Under the pieces are notes generated by a model. The model worked only from the letters and a program-made list of their open reading frames with translations, had not been told where the DNA came from and ran no database searches. Position numbers and translations under genes: made by a program. Of a stretch of 64,000 bases of DNA, positions 28,443-37,548 are shown piece by piece. Each line of letters begins with the position of its first letter. Within the stretch, counting starts at the first letter, position 1. Source of the stretch: Vulcanimicrobiota bacterium (GTDB lineage Bacteria > Vulcanimicrobiota > Vulcanimicrobiia > Vulcanimicrobiales > Vulcanimicrobiaceae). Location: contig CAWGBN010000007.1 in assembly GCA_963820825.1 (NCBI GenBank), positions 96,001 to 160,000 on the forward strand, written 5' to 3'.

Positions 28443-30552
28443 TCAGGAGCTGGCAGCCGCGGGCGTGAGCGCGGTGACGTCGTGACTCCGGTCCGCCGCG
28501 CACTGCAGCGTGACGTTGCCGCCGCGCCGCGTCTTAGCCAGAACGTGCGAGCCGCAGGCGGGACAGCGCTCCGGAACGACGGCATCCCACGAGATGAAAT
28601 CGCACTTCGGATAGTTCGCGCATCCGTAAAAGGTGCGGCCCTTCTTGGAACGGCGCTCGACGATCGCGCCGCCGCAGCGCGGGCACGCGGCTCCCGTCTC
28701 CTTCACGATCGGTTTCGTCGTCTTGCACTCCGGATAGCCGCTGCACGAGATGAACTTCCCGAAGCGGCCGTGCTTGATGACCATCGGGCGGCCGCAGGTC
28801 GGGCAGATCTCGTCGGTCGGCTCGTCGCGCAGCTCCAAGCGCGGCAGCTTCTTCTCGGCAGCCTCGAGCTCGCTCTCGAAGGGGCCGTAGAAACTGCGCA
28901 GCAGCGCGATCCAATCTTCGTTCCCCTCGGCGACCCGGTCGAGATCGCCTTCCATCCGGGCGGTGAAGTCGAGGTTGACGATCTTCGGGAAGTGCTCGAC
29001 GAGCAGATCGTTGACCGCGAAGCCGATCGGAGTCGGCATGAAGCGCCGCTCTTGCTGCGTCACGTAGCCGCGCGCCTGGATGGTCTCGACGATCGTCGAG
29101 TACGTCGACGGTCGGCCGATGCCGTTATCTTCAAGCGCTTTGACGAGCGCCGCTTCGGTGAAACGCGGCGGCGGCTCGGTGAAGTGCTGCTTCGGCTCGA
29201 CCCTCCGGCACTCGAGCGCCTCGCCTTCGTTTAATTCCGGCAGGCGTACGCGGCCCTTGGCGCCGTCGTCTTCCTTCGACTCGTCGTAGACGCGGGTGAA
29301 GCCTGGGAATTTCATGACGGTTCCCGTTGCGCGGAACGTGTAATCGGCCGCGGCAACGTCGACGACCGTCTGGTCGAAGAGCGCCGCCGACATCTGCGAG
29401 GCGACGAAACGCTCCCAAATCATGGAGTAGAGGCGCAGCTCCTCGCGCTTGAGGATTCCGGCGAGGCGTTCCGGCGTTCGGTGCACCGAGGTAGGGCGAA
29501 TCGCTTCGTGCGCGTCCTGCGCGCCCTCCCGAACGCGATGAATCTTGCCCCCGTGGAACTGCTCGCCGTACGTCGCGACGATGAACTCGCGAGCCGCGTC
29601 GCGCGCCTGATCGCTGATGCGCGTCGAGTCCGTACGCATATAGGTGATCAGGCCGACGGTCCCCTCGCTTCCGCCCAGATCGACGCCCTCGTACAGCGCC
29701 TGCGACACCTGCATCGCGCGCCGGACGCGCATCTTCAGTTTGCGCGAGGCCTCCTGCTGTAACGTCGAGGTCGTGAACGGGGCCGGCGGATTGCGACGCA
29801 CCTCGCGGCGCCTTACCGATCCGACCCGGTAGGCGGCGCCCTCCAGCGCGCGTAGAATCGCGTCGGCCTCGGCCGCATTTCGAATTTCGAGCTTCTCGCC
29901 GCGATGGGCGACGAGATCGGCCGAGAACTCGATCGGCGCGCCCGCCGCGCTCTCGGTCGCCGCAAGCAGGGCTGCGATGCGTCCAGTACTCTCTCGGGAC
30001 GAAGGCCTCGATCTCACGCTCGCGGTCGACGATCAGTTTTACCGCGACCGATTGAACGCGCCCGGCGGAGAGGCCGCCGCGGACCTTCGACCAGAGCAGC
30101 GGCGAAATCTTGTAGCCGACGAGGCGGTCGAGAATGCGCCGCGCCTGCTGCGCGTTCACGCGATCCATGTCGATGACGTGCGGGTGCTTTAGCGCCGCTA
30201 ACGCCGCTTCTTTGGTGATCTCGTGGAGCTCGATTCGCTGCGGGTCGCGGCAGCTTCAGCAGCTCGGCCAGGTGCCACGCGATCGCCTCGCCTTCGCGGT
30301 CGGGGTCGGTCGCGAGGTAGACGTCGGTCGCGCTCTTCGACGGCGCTCGCGCAGCTCTTTGATGACGTCGCCCTTACCCTTGATCGTCAGGTATTTCGGC
30401 GCGAAATCGTGCTCGACGTCGACGCCGAGCGTGCTCTTGGGAAGATCGCGCACGTGCCCCACCGATGCTTTCACCGCGTAGCGCGCCGGCAAGAACTTCT
30501 TGATCGTCCGCGCCTTGGTCGGCGACTCGACGATGATCAGGGGCTTTTTCAC
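28443..30552 (-). CDS. topA: DNA topoisomerase I, broken by several frameshifts (probable sequencing errors)
   Basis: Fragments IVESPTKA / [17 protein letters not shown] / [32 protein letters not shown] and C-terminal Zn ribbons lie in different frames, switching between ~29980 and ~30350. Confidence 0.95.
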
Positions 30553-30565
30553 GGGGCCTAGTATA
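30553..30565 (-). promoter_or_regulatory. -10 box TATACT 7 nt upstream of the topA GTG (leaderless-type promoter)
   Basis: Minus strand TATACT-AGGCCCC-GTG; no Shine-Dalgarno. Confidence 0.6.
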
Positions 30566-30629
30566 CTCCGCGGTCAAGACCGGGCTCGAATAGCGCGCGC
30601 GGCCAAACGCTGTTGCGAGGGCGCGCGTT

Positions 30630-30659
30630 CGCGCACGCGCGTGCACGTATGCGCGCGCG
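30630..30659. other. 30-bp uninterrupted alternating pyrimidine/purine tract (Z-DNA-prone)
   Basis: CGCGCACGCGCGTGCACGTATGCGCGCGCG between two divergent promoters. Confidence 0.7.
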
Positions 30660-30662
30660 AAT

Positions 30663-30691
30663 TTGCATCATTTGACGAAATCCTCTATGAT
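30663..30691 (+). promoter_or_regulatory. Sigma70-type promoter for the histone-like gene
   Basis: TTGCAT-N17-TATGAT. Confidence 0.65.
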
Positions 30692-30760
30692 GCGCTCAAA
30701 AGCGCGCAATGAGCGCTGTCCAATAAACGCTTATCGTCCCCGGGGGACGAGGAGGAATGA

Positions 30761-31162
30761 ATGGACTCCGATTCCACGATGAACGGCGGCCCGGTCGAAG
30801 AGGTAAAGAAGCTTCGCAAACGGGCCGCTAAAAAAGCCGTCGCCGCTGCGGTCGTTCGCAAGGCAGTTGCGTAAGCGGCGAGTTCGCAAGGCCGTCCGTC
30901 GCAAGGTCGCCGCACGGTCGTGCGCAAGGCAGTCGGCGTAAGAGTCGCCCGCAAGGCCGTGCGCCGGAAAGTCGCCCGCAAGGTCGTGCGCACGAAGGTA
31001 GTCCGCAAGGCCGTGCGCCGGAAAGTCGCCCGCAAGGCGGTGGCCGTAAGGTAGCGCGCAAGGCCGTGCGCCGGAAAGTCGTCCGCAAAGCGGTGCGCAA
31101 GAAAGGTAGCCCGCAAGGCCGGCAAAAGGGCGGCGCAAGAAGAGGTAACCGCCGAAAGATGA
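30761..31162 (+). CDS. Lys/Arg/Val/Ala-rich histone H1-like (Hc2/HctB-type) repeat protein, frameshifted in this sequence
   Basis: GGAGGA RBS then [36 protein letters not shown]..; repeats reading RKAVRRKVA across frames; absent from the ORF track on this strand. 3' end approximate. Confidence 0.75.
30950..31088 (+). repeat. Coding tandem repeat, ~54-bp period
   Basis: CGCAAGGCCGTGCGCCGGAAAGTCG starts at 30950, 31004 and 31057. Confidence 0.9.
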
Positions 31163-31179
31163 ACGCTAAGCTGTACGCA

Positions 31180-31223
31180 ATTGAAGGCGGGCGGCCACAC
31201 GCAGTGACTGCCCGCCTTTCAAT
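31180..31223. terminator. Hairpin between the convergent histone-like gene and ABC ATPase
   Basis: ATTGAAGGCGGGCGGCCAC ... GTGACTGCCCGCCTTTCAAT imperfect inverted repeat. Confidence 0.65.
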
Positions 31224-31224
31224 G

Positions 31225-32244
31225 TCATGAACTGACGCGAGCCGCCGGCGCTTGGCCGCCGTGCTCTTCCACCCAGTGGCACGCGGCGATAGTGGCCCGG
31301 CGCGTACTCCTCGCAGCGGCGGCTCTTCGACGATGCAGCGATCGAACGCGATCGGGCAGCGCGTGTGAAAGCGGCAGCCCGACGGCGGATTGACCGGCGA
31401 CGGAATGTCGCCGGTCAGGACGATGCGCTTGCGCCGGCGCTCGACGCGCCGGATCGGGAATCGGAATGGCCGAGAGCAGCGCCTGCGTGTACGGGTGGAG
31501 CGGGTTCGCGATAGAGCTCGTTGCGGTCGGCGAGCTCGACGAGCTTGCCGACGTACATCACGGCGACGCGGGTCGAGATGTGCCGCACGACCGAAAGATC
31601 GTGCGCGATGAAGAGATAGGTGAGCCCGAACTGCTCCTGCAGATCCTCGAGCAGGTTGATGACCTGCGCCTGAATCGAGACGTCGAGCGCCGAGACCGGC
31701 TCGTCGCAGACGATGAACTTCGGGCTCGACCGCGAGCGCCCGCGCGATGCCGACGCGCTGGCGCTGACCGCCGGAAAACTCGTGCGGGATAGCGGTTGGC
31801 GTGATAGGGCTGCAAGGCCGACGAGCTAGAGCAGCTCCTGGACGCGCTCGTCCATCGCCTTTCCCGTGGCGAGCCGGTGAATTCGCAGCGGCTCGGCGAC
31901 GATGTCGCCGACGGTCATCCGCGGATTGAGCGACGCGAACGGGTCCTGGAAGATGATCTGCATCGATCGGCGCAGCCGGCGAATCTCGGTGCGGTTCAGT
32001 CGCCAGCACGTTTCGATTCTCGAAGAACATCTCGCCTTTGGTCGCCGGGCAGCAGGCGCAGCAGAAGCCGCCCGATCGTCGTCTTGCCCGAGCCCGACTC
32101 GCCGACGAGCCCGAGCGTTTCGCCCGCTGCGATGGTGAAGTTGACGCCGTCGACGGCCCTCACGTCGGCGACGTGGCGCGACATCAGTCCGGCGTGAATC
32201 GGAAAATACTTGTAAGAGATCCGTCGACTCGAACGAGCGCGCCG

Positions 32245-32248
<4 letters not shown>
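31225..32248 (-). CDS. Oligopeptide/dipeptide ABC transporter ATP-binding protein (OppF/DppF-like), multiply frameshifted
   Basis: [39 protein letters not shown] and [19 protein letters not shown] in different frames. Confidence 0.88.
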
Positions 32249-33286
<1,038 letters not shown>

Positions 33287-33303
33287 GCTCGTTCCTAGTT
33301 CGC

Positions 33304-33706
33304 CTAGATGCCGGTCAGCGAGAGAATAAATCCGAAGACGACGAAACAGACCGCGACGATGCCGGTCCAGCGTTTGAGCTGCTCTTCGGCACCGAGGCGA
33401 CCGCGATAGGCCGACTCGACGCGACCGCCGATCGATCCGGTGAGCCCTTCCTGTTTCGTCGTTTGAATCGCGAGCAAGAAGATCAGCAGGATCGCCGCGA
33501 TGATGAAGAGTCCGGCGAAGCCGTGCGTCAGCCACGGCAGGTGCGTCGCGAACCACGTTTTCGGTTCAGGCCCGGCCGGCGGAATCGACGGGCGCAGTCG
33601 GGCCTGCGGGAAGACTCGACGGGAGCGCGCCCTGCGGCAAAGCCGTTGCCACGGCCGTTGGTACGGCCTTGGCTGCCGCCGCGGCAGCCGATAGAAGGGG
33701 GTGCAT
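33304..33706 (-). CDS. secG: Preprotein translocase subunit SecG, with probable N-terminal Ala/Pro-rich extension joined across a frameshift
   Basis: [29 protein letters not shown] SecG pattern; RBS-preceded ATG at 33706 is in another frame. Confidence 0.8.
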
Positions 33707-34447
33707 TGCGGCATCCTCTCTACGACTGCGAGCTCCGCTCCGCCTGCACGAGGGCGGTGCGACGGGTGCGACCAAACTAGCACGGGTGCCCGAGTCGAGC
33801 TGGACGGAGGATCCGCTTCGGCAATCGTTCCTATCAAGAAACGCGGGGTCTGGCGCGAGCTCGCGCGCATCCTCTCGACGATCTTCAATCCGTTTCTCAC
33901 CGCCTTCGCGCTCTTCGTCATCCTCGCGCACATCGGCGCGAAGGACACGCTCGACTTTTGGCTGCTGCTCTTCATCTCGACCTTCTTCGTCTCGATCGGA
34001 CCGATGCTCTACGTCTTCTGGCTGTACGCAACCGATCGAATCTCCGATCTCGACATGTCGGTGCGAGCCGAGCGCGAGATGGTCTTCACCGCCTTCGTCG
34101 TCTTCGACGCGCTCGGCGCCGGAACGCTCTGGCTCGTGCACGCGCCGCGATTGATGATCGCCGCGATGCTCGGCTATCTCGCCTCGACGCTCATCGTGCA
34201 ATACATCACCCGCTACTGGAAGATCAGCACGCACGCGATCGGCATCACGGCGCCGCTGGCTGCGCTTACCTTGCTCTACGGGCGTCAGCCGCTTCCGTTC
34301 ATGGTCCTGGTCCCGATGGTCTGCTGGGCGCGCGTCTATCTCAAGGCGCACACGGTCGCCCAGGTTCTCGCCGGCATCGGGCTCGCGATTGCAACGACGG
34401 CGTTCTTCTTCTCCCTCTTTCACGTGGGATTACTCTCGGCTCATTGA
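33701..34447 (+). CDS. PAP2-superfamily membrane protein
   Basis: Multi-TM; KISTH and WARVYLKAHT..QVLAG motifs; true start probably nearer 33790. Confidence 0.75.
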   Translation: MHCGILSTTASSAPPARGRCDGCDQTSTGARVELDGGSASAIVPIKKRGVWRELARILSTIFNPFLTAFALFVILAHIGAKDTLDFWLLLFISTFFVSIGPMLYVFWLYATDRISDLDMSVRAEREMVFTAFVVFDALGAGTLWLVHAPRLMIAAMLGYLASTLIVQYITRYWKISTHAIGITAPLAALTLLYGRQPLPFMVLVPMVCWARVYLKAHTVAQVLAGIGLAIATTAFFFSLFHVGLLSAH

Positions 34448-34459
34448 GAAGGGACGCGG

Positions 34460-35365
34460 ATGAGTACGAACGTTGTTTCAGCCAACGGTCCGCTGACCTA
34501 TGCGGACGGAAATCCGCACGATCGCGTCCAGTTCTTCGACGCAAAGCTCATCCTCAAGCCCGACTTCTTCTTTAGCGTACGCGGTTTCAAGTCGTTCAGC
34601 GACTTGGTCGCCGAAGCGGCCGGGAAGGTCAAGGGCGTCTCGTACCGGCCCCTCGATCTGACCAAGCTTCGGCCGCGCATCCGCGAGGTGATGTTCCTCG
34701 ACACGGCCGACTTCCGGCTCTACAACAACTCCTTCATCCTGCGCCGGCGCACCGCGTACCAAGACGGATTTCCGGTCGAGGATCCCGAGGTCGTCTTCAA
34801 GTTTCGCAATCCCGACATGGCCCTCGCTGCGTCGGTAGACGTGCGGCCGAAGATCGCCGGTCCGTACCGCGTGAAGTTCAAATCGGAGGCGCTGCCGCTC
34901 AGAGATCAAATCGGCGGTTTTCGCCTGCTCTACTCGCACAACTGCATCTTTCCGGTGAGCTCGGTGCACGAGCCCGATCGTACCAGCCTGCAGACGATCG
35001 CGAGGGTCATCCCCGCGGTCTCCGGTTTGATCGGATCGGATGAGGGAAGAGTCGAGCTCGTCAACTCGACGCTGGTCGAAGAGGTGTTGATGGACCTCGG
35101 AACGCTCGATTTCGGCAAGGGACTCTCGACGAAGTGCAACATCTCGCTCTGGCGATCGCTCGGCGACCACAAAGTGATGTGCGGCGAGTTCGCCTATCAA
35201 GCCAAGTTCGATCGCCGCGAAGACGTCACCGACATCACCCGGCAACGCGTCGAAGAGTATTACATCAAGTTGCAGCTCGCTGCGACCGGTTGGCTCTACC
35301 TCGGCACGACGAAGACCGGACTCGTCTATCGGCTCAAGGGCAACCCGCCGCAGAGCCATGAATAA
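34460..35365 (+). CDS. CYTH/triphosphate-tunnel-like protein
   Basis: FLDTADFRL...ILRRR, VFKFR and GEFAY patterns; C-terminal TKT. Confidence 0.55.
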   Translation: MSTNVVSANGPLTYADGNPHDRVQFFDAKLILKPDFFFSVRGFKSFSDLVAEAAGKVKGVSYRPLDLTKLRPRIREVMFLDTADFRLYNNSFILRRRTAYQDGFPVEDPEVVFKFRNPDMALAASVDVRPKIAGPYRVKFKSEALPLRDQIGGFRLLYSHNCIFPVSSVHEPDRTSLQTIARVIPAVSGLIGSDEGRVELVNSTLVEEVLMDLGTLDFGKGLSTKCNISLWRSLGDHKVMCGEFAYQAKFDRREDVTDITRQRVEEYYIKLQLAATGWLYLGTTKTGLVYRLKGNPPQSHE

Positions 35366-35945
35366 GAAAGCCTCACTCCCCGAGATCTTCCGGACCTTTC
35401 TGGCAATCGGCGCGATCAGTTTCGGCGGAGGCGTCGTCGCCTATCTGCGCGACTCGCTCGTGCGGCAAAAGAAGTGGTTCGACGACGTCGAGTTTCTCGA
35501 GATCACGTCGATCAGCAATACGCTGCCGGGACTCAACGCCACGAACGTCGCGATCCTGGCCGGCGACCGTCTCGGCGGAGTCTTGGGCGCGACGGTTGCG
35601 CTCGTCGGAGTGTGCCTGCCGGCCTTTGTCTTTATGACGGCGGCGGGCGTAATCTACTCGCAGCATGCCGCGCGTCCGCTCGCCAATGCGGCGCTGCGCG
35701 GCGTCGCCGCAGCGGCGACGGGTCTGCTCGCCGCAACCTGGTTTCAAATCGGCAAAAAATCGTTGCGCGGCGTCTACGATGCCGTCTTCGTCGTCGCCTC
35801 GATTCTCGGGATCACCTACTTCAAAGTCGGGGTACCTCTGACGCTGCTCGCCGTCGGCGCGGCAGCAATCATCGCCTACCGCCCGCACGTACCGCGCGAG
35901 AAGCCCGCGCAGGAGAATGAAGAATGGATCAGATCCCTGCATTAA
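35358..35945 (+). CDS. Short-chain chromate ion transporter (CHR) subunit 1
   Basis: GAISFGGG and ISNTLPG motifs; paired with the next gene. Confidence 0.9.
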   Translation: MNKKASLPEIFRTFLAIGAISFGGGVVAYLRDSLVRQKKWFDDVEFLEITSISNTLPGLNATNVAILAGDRLGGVLGATVALVGVCLPAFVFMTAAGVIYSQHAARPLANAALRGVAAAATGLLAATWFQIGKKSLRGVYDAVFVVASILGITYFKVGVPLTLLAVGAAAIIAYRPHVPREKPAQENEEWIRSLH

Positions 35946-36445
35946 TTCGCGTCTTCGCCTATCTCTCGTTTCTCACGATCGGCGGCGGGATGGCGGCATT
36001 CCCCGAGATGAAGGTGCAGATCGTCGAGATCCATCATTGGCTCACGAGCGATGAGCTCGTGCACGTCTACAGCACCGGTCAGATGTCGCCCGGGCCGAAC
36101 ATGATGATGGTCGCGGAGGTCGGGCAGCTCGTCGCCGGCTTCGTCGGCGCTCTCGTCGCCGCGCTTGCCTTCTTCCTACCGACCGGCGTGCTGACGTTCG
36201 GTGTCGGACGCCTTTGGAACAAACTGGCGAACTGGCCGTGGAGAACGTCGATTCAAAAAGGCTTGGCGCCGGTCGCGATCGGTTTGGCCGTCGGCGGCCT
36301 CATCATCTTCGGTAAGGGTGCGATCACCAACTGGGTCACCGTCTTGCTCGCGCTCGCGACGTTCGTCGCGGTAAACCGAACGAAGGTCAATCCGGCGCTC
36401 TTCATTCTCGCCTCGGCCGTCGTAGGCGTCTTCGCGCTAAAATAA
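35924..36445 (+). CDS. Short-chain chromate ion transporter (CHR) subunit 2
   Basis: LTIGGG and GQMSPGPN motifs. Confidence 0.9.
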   Translation: MDQIPALIRVFAYLSFLTIGGGMAAFPEMKVQIVEIHHWLTSDELVHVYSTGQMSPGPNMMMVAEVGQLVAGFVGALVAALAFFLPTGVLTFGVGRLWNKLANWPWRTSIQKGLAPVAIGLAVGGLIIFGKGAITNWVTVLLALATFVAVNRTKVNPALFILASAVVGVFALK

Positions 36446-36811
36446 TCGGCGCCGAACGCCGGCGACCCGAAGCCCGATCCAAACGCCGGCGAGTCCGATC
36501 GCCGTTGAGAGCAGCGCGGACTCGATGGCCATTACGATCAACGCGCGCATCGTCCAGCCCGGCACGTATCCCGGACCGATCAGCGAAGCGACGTACCAGC
36601 CCAGCGTTGCTTCGACCGCCGCAGCGACGGCTACGACCGCGATGCCGCCCCAGCGTTTCACCCGCCCGGCATAGATTCCCATGAAGAAGATCAACACGAG
36701 CGCGAGCACGACGAACGAATCGTAAGAGATCGTGACCGAGCGCGCGATCAGCGCGGCGAGCGCGTCGTACGCGATTAGAACGATCGAAAAAATCAGCGCG
36801 AGACGGAGCAC
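36437..36811 (-). CDS. Hypothetical 4-TM membrane protein
   Basis: GTG at 36811 overlapping the end of murI; four hydrophobic segments. Confidence 0.75.
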   Translation of the reverse strand: MLRLALIFSIVLIAYDALAALIARSVTISYDSFVVLALVLIFFMGIYAGRVKRWGGIAVVAVAAAVEATLGWYVASLIGPGYVPGWTMRALIVMAIESALLSTAIGLAGVWIGLRVAGVRRRLF

Positions 36812-37548
36812 GCCGCGGTTCCGGTGATGCGAGCGATTCCGGCCTGGAATGCCGCTTCGTCGCCGCTCGTGACGTAGGTCGTCGAACCTGTTCCCCGCGC
36901 GCGGTCGCCGAGAAGCTCCTGGGCCCGCTGGGCCTGCATCACCGCCGGGTCGATCAGCGAAACTTCGTCTCCGAGTACGGCGCGGAAGTGCTCTGCGAGT
37001 ACCGGATAGTGCGTGCACCCGTAGACGAGCGCGTCGAGGTCGAGCGGTAAGTGCGTGCAGACGTCGGCGACGGCCTCGCGCGCGCGCTCGTCTTCGACGA
37101 CGCCGGCTTCGACCAGCGGAACGAGCGCCGGCGCGGGCACCTCGACGACGTCGATTCCCGCAATGCGCGCGCGCAGCGTCCGCCCGTACGAGCCGGCGCC
37201 GACCGTCGCCGCGGTCGCCACCACGCCGACGCGGCGAAAGCCGCCCTGCTCGACCGCCATCGCCGCCGATTCGATCAAATCGAGAACCGGTGCGCGCGAA
37301 GCCGGCCAGCCATAGCGTTCGGCGATCGCGCACGACGTGTTGCAGGCCATCACGATCGCGTCGACTCCGTACTCGTCGAAGCGCGCGAGATTCGCGCGCA
37401 GCAATCGGAGCAGATCGCCGTGCGTACGATCTCCGTACGGTACGTGCGCCTGATCGGCGAAGAAAATTAAATCGGCGAGCGGCAACCGCTCGCGCAGGCG
37501 CGTGAGCACGGTCAACCCGCCCAGACCCGAGTCGAAGAGTCCGATCAC
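36793..37548 (-). CDS. murI: Glutamate racemase
   Basis: FDSGLGGLTV, PYG, ACNTS and GCTHYP motifs. Confidence 0.97.
   Translation of the reverse strand: MIGLFDSGLGGLTVLTRLRERLPLADLIFFADQAHVPYGDRTHGDLLRLLRANLARFDEYGVDAIVMACNTSCAIAERYGWPASRAPVLDLIESAAMAVEQGGFRRVGVVATAATVGAGSYGRTLRARIAGIDVVEVPAPALVPLVEAGVVEDERAREAVADVCTHLPLDLDALVYGCTHYPVLAEHFRAVLGDEVSLIDPAVMQAQRAQELLGDRARGTGSTTYVTSGDEAAFQAGIARITGTAACSVSR

Noticed and set aside
30950..31088. Tandem repeats as a CRISPR array
   Set aside because: The intervening segments are related to the repeat, the period is codon-based, and no cas genes are present.
30685..31200. Minus-strand 171-aa and 135-aa repeat ORFs (LRATFRRTA...)
   Set aside because: Reverse complement of the basic repeat gene; promoter and RBS are on the plus strand.
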